Sequence record: NC_021529.2
Length of the DNA stretch: 64,000 bases
Direction: 5' to 3' (one strand)
The position numbers were made by a program, and so were the translations under genes. The notes below the pieces were generated by a model. It was not told where the DNA came from and ran no database searches. It saw only the letters and a program-made list of their open reading frames with translations. Shown one piece after another: positions 48,243-57,204 of the stretch (positions are counted from its first letter, which is position 1; each line of letters begins with the position of its first letter).

Positions 48243-48289
48243 TAAACTAAGTGGCTACTTCGGTAGCCACTCTCTAAGAGGAATATATC

Positions 48290-48523
48290 ATGGCAATACT
48301 AGCACTAGTTTCATTCTTAATCGGCGTGACATTTATGGTAAATCTTCGAATTCCATTGATGTTGCGTGCTTCAAACCCAAAAGAAATGCTGAAGAAGGCA
48401 ACGCGACTTGAGCAACTTGCGTTTATCGCTGGTATCGTAGGCGTGCTTGTGTACTACATTCTGTTTTTCGTTTTCGTTGCGTGGGGCAAACTCAGCAATT
48501 CAAAGTGGAATAATAAGGAGTAG
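48290..48523 (+). CDS. Hypothetical membrane protein
   Basis: Two TM-like segments. Confidence 0.6.
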   Translation: MAILALVSFLIGVTFMVNLRIPLMLRASNPKEMLKKATRLEQLAFIAGIVGVLVYYILFFVFVAWGKLSNSKWNNKE

Positions 48524-48525
48524 TC

Positions 48526-48735
48526 ATGTCTGCTGCTCCTAAAACACACTTACAGCGTTACGATGAGTTAGGTCGTACGCTGTACATTCAAGATTCATTT
48601 GCGCATCACTACTTTGAGTATGACGACGAGCTAAAGACTGTTACAGTCTCAACAGTTATGCTTTGTAATGGTGAAACTGTAAAGACTGGCGTGTATCCGC
48701 AAGATGAATTCGGTCACATTTCAAGTAAAGGTTAG
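48526..48735 (+). CDS. Hypothetical protein
   Basis: AAGGAG RBS. Confidence 0.6.
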   Translation: MSAAPKTHLQRYDELGRTLYIQDSFAHHYFEYDDELKTVTVSTVMLCNGETVKTGVYPQDEFGHISSKG

Positions 48736-48894
48736 TTATGTTCGTATTAAAACACGCAACTGATGGATATATCGTACAGATTGGATGTGATATCTGTTGC
48801 ACAGACGATTTAGAAAAAGCCGACTCGTTTGAAACATCTGATGTTGCGAGTGAGTTTAAAGATCAATGGGACTTATGGGATTGGGAGGTAAAAC

Positions 48895-49080
48895 ATGTAT
48901 AGACATGAAATAGAAGAAATGATTGAAAAGCGCGGGTTTACTGCGGGAGAAGCAATCAACGCATATAACGAGTCACGCTGGCAAGTTATCGAGAATGGTA
49001 CGGTAATCTACGAATCATACAATGAACATTGCATTGAAGCATTCTTGCTAGGTATTGATTACGTACAAGACGCACTATAA
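48895..49080 (+). CDS. Hypothetical protein
   Basis: GGAGG RBS. Confidence 0.6.
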   Translation: MYRHEIEEMIEKRGFTAGEAINAYNESRWQVIENGTVIYESYNEHCIEAFLLGIDYVQDAL

Positions 49081-49414
49081 GCCGCATCAGCGGCTTTTTG
49101 AGGTTAATATGCGAAGACAAATTAAGAAAATCCAATCTGACAACAACAATTTCAAGAAATACATGCGTCTTAAAGCTGCACGTAGCGCACGACGCGAGAT
49201 TATACACCACATTGCGCACAATAAGACTAAATTTCTAATCGGGTCTTACACGATGTACGAGCGTAGCGATTTGAAAGTCGTTAAGCAGTTAATGCGTTAT
49301 GCTGGGTTCGAGAATGCACATGTTGAAGCTGTGCCGATTGTAGGTACACTCGTTGATTGTACAAATGTTATACACAGCATTGGATTTCAAGTTGATCTAG
49401 GAAGTGCTAAATAA
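49055..49414 (+). CDS. Hypothetical basic protein
   Basis: Operon packing; true start probably ATG near 49109. Confidence 0.55.
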   Translation: MITYKTHYKPHQRLFEVNMRRQIKKIQSDNNNFKKYMRLKAARSARREIIHHIAHNKTKFLIGSYTMYERSDLKVVKQLMRYAGFENAHVEAVPIVGTLVDCTNVIHSIGFQVDLGSAK

Positions 49415-49698
49415 TGATAGTTAACATTGCTCATCAATCTTTTGATGTGTACATCGGTCGCGGCACTCCGTTCGGAAATCCATTCAAATCAGGGATTGAC
49501 GGCACACGAAGCGAAGTTATAGAGCTTTATCGCGTGTGGTTGCGCATTCAATTACAAGATGACGAATTTAGAAAGCAGTTCATGCAATTAAAAGGAAAGA
49601 TTCTCGGTTGTCATTGTAAGCCCAAAGCTTGTCATGGTGATGTTATACTCGAAGAGCTTGATAGGATGAGCAGCCCTCTTAACAGTTTTATAGGTTAG
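49414..49698 (+). CDS. DUF4326-type protein
   Basis: VYIGRGTPFGNPF...LKGKILGCHCKPKACHGDVI. Confidence 0.85.
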   Translation: MIVNIAHQSFDVYIGRGTPFGNPFKSGIDGTRSEVIELYRVWLRIQLQDDEFRKQFMQLKGKILGCHCKPKACHGDVILEELDRMSSPLNSFIG

Positions 49699-49701
49699 TC
49701 T

Positions 49702-49995
49702 ATGAGAGAAGCTATTGCATTATTAAGCAACACAAAAATTGGATATACTGACATCAGCGCGTTTGGCGATCCAGTATTATTTGTTCATGCAGGTCGTGAG
49801 ACAGTACTAAAGGTACAATATACCGAAGACTGCTATTCGTTTTACGATTATCGAAGTAAATACTTGTATGAAGAACAGACAATCGATGATCTTGAGATTC
49901 ACCTCAAATCAATCGAAATCGGTCTAGACGACGATCTACCCTTGAATGGTAATGTCGATTTAGAAACGATACCAGATGGGGAATTTTTAGAGTGA
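49702..49995 (+). CDS. Hypothetical protein
   Basis: Operon packing. Confidence 0.6.
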   Translation: MREAIALLSNTKIGYTDISAFGDPVLFVHAGRETVLKVQYTEDCYSFYDYRSKYLYEEQTIDDLEIHLKSIEIGLDDDLPLNGNVDLETIPDGEFLE

Positions 49996-50828
49996 AATTT
50001 AGCGAATATCAAAACGAACTAAACGAAGCGTTTGACCGACCAGCACAGATCACAAATAGACGTGGAAATCAAAGTTATTTCATGATTGGTCAGAATGAAT
50101 ACATGATTGGTTTGTATTACGATGATTCCGAGAGAAAACTATCAGTTGATTTCATGATGAGACCGGCAGGCGAGTCATCATACTATTACACATTGGCAAA
50201 AGGCGACACTAAAGACGCATTGACTGTGTTCGCAACGGTGATTTCAGAAATCAAACGTAAAATGAAGACTGATATTGTAAATATTATCGAGTTTAGTGCA
50301 TTCGCTGATTCTGATAGCTCAGATGCTCGTAAACGTGAGCGATTGTACAAGCGCATGGCAGAACGATTCAGCAAAGAAATTGGGTTCAAACTATCTGCAA
50401 GTAGTGGAGACTTTGTTCTACATCGAACCAAAATAGTTGAAGCGCCAACTGGTTATGATACAGCGTGGGGAACTGAAACACTTGATGTCAATCTAATCAA
50501 TGACGCAGCGATTGTGAAAGTGACTGGTGGTGACGGTGAATGGCGTCTCGATGACTGGAATAAGCTAATCGTCAAAGACGGAAAAGTGACATTAACATCT
50601 GGATCAATCAACTCCGATGATGCGTGGTATGATGCATTCTTCGATCTTGAATGGGACGATGGTGATGAAGAGTGGATTGATGGCGAGCAAGAGATTGCGA
50701 TTATCAATGGCAAAGTATGGGTCATTAATGGCACTGAAATCACCATATGGAAGAGCATTTCAGATCTTGAAATGCAAAGTGAAGGTTTAACGCTATCAAG
50801 TACTACATTGCATACGTTGGGATATTAA
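49992..50828 (+). CDS. Putative virion internal protein, paralogue of 13149-14036
   Basis: MKFSEYQNELNE/AFD; shared KDALTV and KRERLYKRMAERF; acidic C-terminal domain. Confidence 0.65.
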   Translation: MKFSEYQNELNEAFDRPAQITNRRGNQSYFMIGQNEYMIGLYYDDSERKLSVDFMMRPAGESSYYYTLAKGDTKDALTVFATVISEIKRKMKTDIVNIIEFSAFADSDSSDARKRERLYKRMAERFSKEIGFKLSASSGDFVLHRTKIVEAPTGYDTAWGTETLDVNLINDAAIVKVTGGDGEWRLDDWNKLIVKDGKVTLTSGSINSDDAWYDAFFDLEWDDGDEEWIDGEQEIAIINGKVWVINGTEITIWKSISDLEMQSEGLTLSSTTLHTLGY

Positions 50829-50830
50829 TA

Positions 50831-50855
50831 AAAGGTAGCTTCGGCTACCTTTTTT
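50831..50855 (+). terminator. Intrinsic terminator
   Basis: AAAGGTAGC-TTCG-GCTACCTTT plus T run. Confidence 0.85.
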
Positions 50856-50869
50856 CGGTTTATTGAAAA

Positions 50870-50948
50870 AAGTGCTTGCATTGCGAATCTGATGACAGTA
50901 TTATAGCTACATCGAAACGACATCGACTAACAAAGAGAGAACATTATG
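50870..50948 (+). promoter_or_regulatory. Early promoter plus shared leader, copy 3
   Basis: TTGCAT...TATTAT; ATCGAAACGACATCGACTAACAAAGAGAGAACATTATG identical to copies 1 and 2. Confidence 0.8.
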
Positions 50949-51158
50949 CACAATCCAAAATACAAATTTGAAGCTGGTCAGAAACTTAAATCTACAGATC
51001 CAGAACTTCGCAACGAACGTTTTGAATTTGTAGAATATCGTCAGTTGAAAACGTCAACAACGTGGGATGGTAAGCCTTTTTATCAAGATTGTGTTATCAA
51101 ATGTCTAAATGATGATATCGAAATCATCTTAGATTCTTCTGAATTCAAACCTGCATAA
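50946..51158 (+). CDS. Hypothetical early protein
   Basis: First ORF after leader. Confidence 0.7.
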   Translation: MHNPKYKFEAGQKLKSTDPELRNERFEFVEYRQLKTSTTWDGKPFYQDCVIKCLNDDIEIILDSSEFKPA

Positions 51159-51169
51159 GGGGTATTAAA

Positions 51170-51469
51170 ATGGACGTAACATCTAAGCTTGAATTGTCAA
51201 TGAAAGAGTTCGTTGACGTGCCTTACAATCATTATAAAACGCATTCACTCGTTGGTCAAGCAAGTGAGCACATCGAACAGTCGTTCAATCAGCCTGGCGA
51301 AATCGTGACTTCAAACGTCATGTACGTTGAAGTGAACGGTGGTATTGTGTACGCTGTAACGCATTCTAAGAGTCGTTACCAACTGACCAACGTATCAGTT
51401 CAAGAAATGCAAGAAATGGTTAAAGCAGCGCAAGAGCGCGAAATTAACATTCCTTTTTACATGAACTAA
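51170..51469 (+). CDS. Hypothetical protein
   Basis: Operon packing. Confidence 0.65.
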   Translation: MDVTSKLELSMKEFVDVPYNHYKTHSLVGQASEHIEQSFNQPGEIVTSNVMYVEVNGGIVYAVTHSKSRYQLTNVSVQEMQEMVKAAQEREINIPFYMN

Positions 51470-51522
51470 GCAACGCTTTTCTGTTTTACTAAATTATCGA
51501 TTACTTTAGAGAGAATTATATT

Positions 51523-51843
51523 ATGACTATCAAAACAAACGTTAACTTCACTGCTGCTATCGAACTAACTTCAAAGTCTCTAGTTGAGACGAATCGCATC
51601 GAAGGTCGTTTCTACAACTCGACTGTTGGTCACGAGCAAGGTGAAGAAGCAAAAACTGCACCTGTTGAAGGGTTCAAGGTAATCGACAACAAAGTTTACG
51701 CTGAAACACGAAACGCTGTTTATCACATTCGCAATCTGTCTGCTGTGGCACTGTCTGATTTCAACACAATCGGTGCGCCTGTATACATCAAAAAAGCTGA
51801 TGCTAAATTTGATGAAATGGTAGTAGCAGCATTGCTATCATAA
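51523..51843 (+). CDS. Hypothetical protein
   Basis: GAGAG RBS. Confidence 0.65.
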   Translation: MTIKTNVNFTAAIELTSKSLVETNRIEGRFYNSTVGHEQGEEAKTAPVEGFKVIDNKVYAETRNAVYHIRNLSAVALSDFNTIGAPVYIKKADAKFDEMVVAALLS

Positions 51844-51974
51844 ACTGAAGCATATATAAGTCTCTAATGAACATAATGCATCAATTATGAGTCATTAGAG
51901 ACTTATTTTACCTTTAATGTGTTTAAAATGATACATTAACGATTATAATAATGCTTTAACACAAGAGACGTATT

Positions 51975-52907
51975 ATGAAAAGCACAATGTTTTTGAACAA
52001 CATCACGGTTATCGATCACGCATGGGTAGATGATGTTGGTGAAATTAATGGTAATAGCTACAATCTTTGTGTAGAAATTACAGGCGAAGTCGATGAAACT
52101 GAACAAGTTGTCATCGACTTTAGTGGTTGCAAAAAAGCAATCAAACAACTTGTAGACGAATCGAAATTCGCTCTAGATCACCGACTAGTCATCGTTGACG
52201 GATTCAGCGACGCTGTTCTGTCACTCGTTGAAGATCGTGATCGCATTCAAATAAATACGCCAGTTTTTCATGCTGTATCAACAGTAGATGATTGGTATCA
52301 AGTCATCACACCAAGCGAATTAATTGAAGCAGATTTCAAAATCCCAAGCGATTCGCTTTACATGAACTACGTAACTGAATATCTCGAAGATATGCTACTG
52401 ACACAACTTAGAGAACAAGGTTACCCAGTCACATACGTAGCAGTAGAGCTATCAGAGAAGTTTGACTTACCATCGTGGGCTAACAGTCACGTTGAATTCA
52501 ATTACGCTCACGGGCTGCGTTCAAGTACTTCATACGGGTGTCAGAATATCGCTCATGGTCATCGTTCATTCATTGCAGTTGATAACCACTTGAACAGCAA
52601 CGGTCGCAAGGTACTGAAGCGCATTGCAAAAGAAATGAGCGGCTATCTAGCATGGTCAGACAACATTCGCAAAGAAGATGAAGTATCATACACATCACAG
52701 CGCGGGAATTTCTATTTACGACATGAGAACATCAAAGTCATCCCGACTGAAACGACGGTTGAGAATCTAGCAAGCTATATTGCATCAACATACGAAGAAG
52801 ATTTTCAGCGTATGGGTGTTCAGCGAGTTTGGGTTTCTGAAGGTCTTTCGAAAGGGGCGGTTGTTGATATCAAGTTAAACAAAGCACTTTTAGGTAGAAA
52901 TGCATGA
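51975..52907 (+). CDS. queD: QueD-like 6-carboxytetrahydropterin synthase (long, two-domain T-fold type)
   Basis: IDHAW, VIDFS..KK.IK, ALDHRL, AHGL...IAHGHRS, PTETTVENLA; next to folE. Confidence 0.75.
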   Translation: MKSTMFLNNITVIDHAWVDDVGEINGNSYNLCVEITGEVDETEQVVIDFSGCKKAIKQLVDESKFALDHRLVIVDGFSDAVLSLVEDRDRIQINTPVFHAVSTVDDWYQVITPSELIEADFKIPSDSLYMNYVTEYLEDMLLTQLREQGYPVTYVAVELSEKFDLPSWANSHVEFNYAHGLRSSTSYGCQNIAHGHRSFIAVDNHLNSNGRKVLKRIAKEMSGYLAWSDNIRKEDEVSYTSQRGNFYLRHENIKVIPTETTVENLASYIASTYEEDFQRMGVQRVWVSEGLSKGAVVDIKLNKALLGRNA

Positions 52908-53584
52908 ATAGCGTACAAGATAAATCAGTTCTAATGGGTGATGAATTACTTTTCAGTGAAAGCGAATGGGTTCCATTCGATACGATGAACACTGAAAAGA
53001 AAATTCTATCAAACCCAATATTCGACGAAGGTCTGAACAGAATTATCAAGCAGTACACTCCGAAAACAGACACAGCGTTTATTTCGCTGTGTACTACTAC
53101 TCGACCATATGAAAATAGTCGCAAGTGGAAAACGTTCATGGAAACGTTTGGTAGTAGTGCTGACTTGATTGTTATTTCGAACGGCGGGGTAATACCACAG
53201 CAGTTTTGGCACAGTTATCCGTATCTGAACTACGATGGTGACCCAAAAGTCAATCCACAAACTGAACTTTATTGTGAAATCTGTGAAGAACGTGTTTATC
53301 GTTTCTTCAGTCAGGTGAAGTTCAAAAACATCGTCGCGAACTTTAAGCACGTACAACGTAACACTGAAGCAATCAAGAGCGCGTTGAAGCGACTTAAAGA
53401 CGACGGTCACATTGAAAACTATGTTGTTCTACCAACTGTTGAGCAGTATGAAGAATTGCAGTCTCGTGGGTTCCCGAAAGGGAAAGTTTTCCCAGATGTC
53501 GATGATAAGATACTTGAACACTTGCGTTCGGCAGTACATTCGTACTCGCCACCGAAAGAAAATAGCTTAGCTAACTTCTTTTAG
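52904..53584 (+). CDS. ArcS/DUF5591-like protein
   Basis: FISLCTTTRPYENSRKW and VISNGGVIP..F..SYP..NYD resemble the archaeosine synthase core; position in cluster. Confidence 0.6.
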   Translation: MNSVQDKSVLMGDELLFSESEWVPFDTMNTEKKILSNPIFDEGLNRIIKQYTPKTDTAFISLCTTTRPYENSRKWKTFMETFGSSADLIVISNGGVIPQQFWHSYPYLNYDGDPKVNPQTELYCEICEERVYRFFSQVKFKNIVANFKHVQRNTEAIKSALKRLKDDGHIENYVVLPTVEQYEELQSRGFPKGKVFPDVDDKILEHLRSAVHSYSPPKENSLANFF

Positions 53585-53640
53585 TGTTTAAATACAACTC
53601 TCATCGTGTATAATACATTCTCAACAAGTGAGGAAATAGA

Positions 53641-54315
53641 ATGGCATTTAATAAAGAGAAATGCGACGCTGAACTAGGTCGCAAAATTGAAGAACATCTT
53701 CGTGAAATCGGTATGAACACACCAATGCGTGAAGATAACGGTATCACTGATGATGTGAAAATTCAATACATCGAATCGTCTTTCACTGACATCATGAATG
53801 TGTTGGGTTTAGATTTATCTGACGATTCGCTTGTTGACACGCCACGTCGTGTAGCAAAAATGCTAGTTAAAGAGACAATGTGGGGTCTGAAGCCAGAGAA
53901 CTTTCCTAAGTGTACTGCAATCGACAACAAGATGAACTACGATGAGATTGTATGTGAAACTGGTATTACTGTCATGTCGCAGTGTGAACATCACTTCGTG
54001 ACAATTGATGGTAAAGCAACAGTTGCTTACATCCCTAACAAGAAAGTTCTTGGCTTGTCTAAGATGAATCGCATTGTTGAGTATTTCAGTCGTCGCCCTC
54101 AAGTGCAAGAGCGTTTAACGATTCAAATCGCTGAAGCTCTAAAGCTTATCTTAGAAACTGACAACGTAGCAGTAGTTCTAGACTGTGAACACTATTGTGT
54201 TAAGTCTCGTGGCGTTGAAGATCACACATCAAGCACGGTGACAAGTAGCTTGTCTGGTGTGTTTCGAACAAAGCCCGAAGCACGTGCTGAGTTCATGGCA
54301 CTAGCAAGAAAGTAA
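53641..54315 (+). CDS. folE: GTP cyclohydrolase I
   Basis: DTPRRVAKM, SQCEHHF, VLGLSK, RRPQVQERLT, HYCVKSRG. Confidence 0.97.
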   Translation: MAFNKEKCDAELGRKIEEHLREIGMNTPMREDNGITDDVKIQYIESSFTDIMNVLGLDLSDDSLVDTPRRVAKMLVKETMWGLKPENFPKCTAIDNKMNYDEIVCETGITVMSQCEHHFVTIDGKATVAYIPNKKVLGLSKMNRIVEYFSRRPQVQERLTIQIAEALKLILETDNVAVVLDCEHYCVKSRGVEDHTSSTVTSSLSGVFRTKPEARAEFMALARK

Positions 54316-54400
54316 ATCAGAAACGCACATTATGTGCGTTTTTTTGTTTAAGTAGTTCATAAAAATGATAATATAATTGAGCTAACAAGAGAGGTTTACA

Positions 54401-55795
54401 TTGATTATTGAATACGTAATGTCAGCGACTGGACATGCTCGTCTTAGTACTGCATATAAGCTTAGAGATAAAGTTGATATAACTTATCTCCGAGACATTT
54501 TAAACGCTGCACAAAACTTAGACGGCGTTCACAAGATCAGTATGCTTTATAACGCATACACTGAGAAGAAAATTGGTCGAGAACTGCGTGAGATTTTTGG
54601 TGATTCAGTTTACAAGATTCACGTTGACTCTGGCGGTCTACAGATGATCACCCTCGGACTCGACAACACACCAGAATTACGTGCTGGTGTTTACAAGAAT
54701 CAAGCAGAATCTGGTGACATTGGTATGTGTTTCGATGAAATCCCAATTCACAACACGTCGAAAGGTGGTGGTGCTGCACGATTAAACGCGAACGATAAAG
54801 TATTCATCAGCGACATGGCATATGAATATGGTGTTCGTTCTGGCAAGAACATCAAAGATCAGATAGAAGCATATCTTGCAGATGAAAGTCAGTGCAAACC
54901 GTATGTAATCTTTCATGGTAACACTGAAGAAGACTACATGAATTACTGTGATGGTATGATGTCTCAGCTTAAAGGGCTTGAGCATCACATTGCTGGCTGT
55001 GCGGTTTCTGGTGCTGCGATTGGGTATGATTCTCGTGAAACAATCGACATGATGAGCGTTGTTCGTAAACTGAACATCCCAGAACACATCAAAAAGTCTG
55101 TTCACATGCTTGGGTTTGGTTCTGTCAAGCGTCTACTACCGTCTATCGCTCTTATACGCAGCGGTTACTTCGGTGACGACTTTCATATCAGCTACGACTC
55201 TTCGACTCACACGGGCTGTTTGACGAATCGTGAGTACACGGATAAGCTTGGTCGTCGAATTAAGATTGAGGGACGCCCGCAGAAGAAGAACAAAGATGTT
55301 CAAGACGCATTTTCTATGATGCTGAATGCTCGTAACCCAGGCAGTGCGGTTGATGAATCGAAAGACTCTGAATCAACAGAGCTTCTTGACAACATGTTGT
55401 CTGAAGTATGGGGTCGATTCTCACATGTAATTCCGCGTTCTGAATCTGAATTCAAAGATTTTGCAACTAAAATGTGGTTTAAGAAGCTGAATCGAGAATC
55501 GTTATCAGAAGAAGATCAAGTGTTTGAAGTTGCATGTAATCTGTGTATCATTCTTTCACAAATCCTCAACTTTCAAGCGATTGTTTCTGAAGCATTCGAC
55601 TTGGACACTGATGGTAAAGAACGTGACGGGTTCGTCAAATGGTCGTCTAAACGTCGAATGTCAGTGCTTGATGACATCATCACGCATGATTCTCCAGAAG
55701 ACTTTGAGAACTGGTACAAGAATAACAGCAAACAATTGCCGTCTATTCGTATTCGACGCGGTACAACTGCTGAATACCCAGATTTTAAATCATAA
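54401..55795 (+). CDS. dpdA: DpdA-like (TGT-fold) DNA guanine transglycosylase
   Basis: VDSGGLQM, MCFDEIP, HMLGFG, SYDSST match TGT catalytic positions; no C-terminal CxCxxC zinc motif. Confidence 0.8.
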   Translation: MIIEYVMSATGHARLSTAYKLRDKVDITYLRDILNAAQNLDGVHKISMLYNAYTEKKIGRELREIFGDSVYKIHVDSGGLQMITLGLDNTPELRAGVYKNQAESGDIGMCFDEIPIHNTSKGGGAARLNANDKVFISDMAYEYGVRSGKNIKDQIEAYLADESQCKPYVIFHGNTEEDYMNYCDGMMSQLKGLEHHIAGCAVSGAAIGYDSRETIDMMSVVRKLNIPEHIKKSVHMLGFGSVKRLLPSIALIRSGYFGDDFHISYDSSTHTGCLTNREYTDKLGRRIKIEGRPQKKNKDVQDAFSMMLNARNPGSAVDESKDSESTELLDNMLSEVWGRFSHVIPRSESEFKDFATKMWFKKLNRESLSEEDQVFEVACNLCIILSQILNFQAIVSEAFDLDTDGKERDGFVKWSSKRRMSVLDDIITHDSPEDFENWYKNNSKQLPSIRIRRGTTAEYPDFKS

Positions 55796-55870
55796 GTTGT
55801 TTAATATATCATGAAATTGGCTATAATGAGTGTTCAGGATGAGCACTCAATAGCTTCGAGAGGTTATAAA

Positions 55871-56587
55871 ATGAAAGTAGTTTCTGTTTTAAGCGGTGGT
55901 CTTGACAGTACAATTCTCACATACAAGCTAGTAAATGATTTCGGTGCAGACAATGTGTTTGCTCTATCGTTCTACTACGGTCAAAAACAGTCAATTGAGC
56001 TAGAAAAAGCTAAGTTGACGTGTCAAAAGCTCGGCATCGAGCATCGTCTAATCGATATTTCGTTCTTAGGTGAAGTTGTAGCGCCAGTCTGTGCGAATAT
56101 CGCAGGCTCAGAAGTTGCAATGCCGACTATTCAAGACGTTCTAGGCGACCCTCAGCCGCCAACTGAAGTTCCATATCGTAACATGCTATTGAATACAATT
56201 GCGTTCTCGTTTGCTCAAGCAAATGGTTGTTCTGCTGTGTTCACTGGCATTCAAGTGCATGACGCATACGGGTATTGGGACTGTACACAAGACTTCCTTG
56301 ATGGTATGAATCAAATCTCATCGTTGAATCGCCAGCATGAAATCACACTACACGCACCGTTTGCTCAGATGTCAAAAGCAGATGAAATCAAGATTGGTCT
56401 TCTGCTAGGTGTCCCGTTCGAAGATAGTCTAACTTGTTACGACCCGAACGAAGCAGGTGAAAGTTGTGGTGTATGTCCATCATGTGCTGAACGCATCATG
56501 AACTTTGGCAAAGTCGGCATCAAAGATTCTGCGCCATATTCGAAACATATCCCATGGGAACAAGTATTTGCTAAGGCAGGTCATTAA
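55871..56587 (+). CDS. queC: 7-cyano-7-deazaguanine (preQ0) synthase
   Basis: VLSGGLDST, YGQKQ..EL, VPYRN, YWDC, CY...CGVCPSC.ER. Confidence 0.96.
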   Translation: MKVVSVLSGGLDSTILTYKLVNDFGADNVFALSFYYGQKQSIELEKAKLTCQKLGIEHRLIDISFLGEVVAPVCANIAGSEVAMPTIQDVLGDPQPPTEVPYRNMLLNTIAFSFAQANGCSAVFTGIQVHDAYGYWDCTQDFLDGMNQISSLNRQHEITLHAPFAQMSKADEIKIGLLLGVPFEDSLTCYDPNEAGESCGVCPSCAERIMNFGKVGIKDSAPYSKHIPWEQVFAKAGH

Positions 56588-57195
56588 TGTGCGGTTTATT
56601 TGCTGCTAGAAGCAAGCAAGAGCTTATTGAATTATCAAAAAGCAATCTACATCGTGGTTCGCGTACTCACTCTGTGAGTACGTTTAAGAACGGTCACGTG
56701 TCAGTACATAAATTCACTGGTGCATTCGATCCTGTCAATGTCCCTGACAGTGCAGATTTCTATATCTGTCACGTACAAGCACCAACTGGAACTAGTGCGC
56801 AAGCACATCCAGCTATTGTAACAGTCGATGAGAACGGTCAGTTACACGACTCACACGTGTGGCATAATGGCATTCTCAAAGATCATTACATGAAAAAGCA
56901 GACTCAAGATTGGGATACTGCACACATTGCTGAAGCTATTTGCTATGGCAAATTGAATGAGCTTGACGGTACATTCGCGTGTTTTCACTTCATCAACGGC
57001 AATTTACGTGTGTTTCGTAATGAAATCAGCCCGTTGTTCATGAACGAAGACGGCACAGCATTCAGTAGCACTAAGACGATTCTAACACCGTATCATGTTG
57101 ATGCGAATAAAGTGTTTAATATCGACTTGCGAACATTTAAACTATCGGTAGTGAGTGAGTTCAAGACACTCGAAAATCCATATTTCTTTTTGTAA
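56587..57195 (+). CDS. Stand-alone class II (Ntn) glutamine amidotransferase
   Basis: N-terminal MCG, CHVQAPT, WHNGIL, WDT, DGTFA; TAATG coupling to queC. Confidence 0.85.
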   Translation: MCGLFAARSKQELIELSKSNLHRGSRTHSVSTFKNGHVSVHKFTGAFDPVNVPDSADFYICHVQAPTGTSAQAHPAIVTVDENGQLHDSHVWHNGILKDHYMKKQTQDWDTAHIAEAICYGKLNELDGTFACFHFINGNLRVFRNEISPLFMNEDGTAFSSTKTILTPYHVDANKVFNIDLRTFKLSVVSEFKTLENPYFFL

Positions 57196-57204
57196 GGTAA
57201 CATC

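Noticed and set aside
54401-55795. Canonical tRNA-guanine transglycosylase for queuosine tRNA modification
   Set aside because: Lacks the TGT zinc motif, is highly divergent, and the context (ArcS-like, Gat, no queA/queF) fits DNA modification better; not formally excluded
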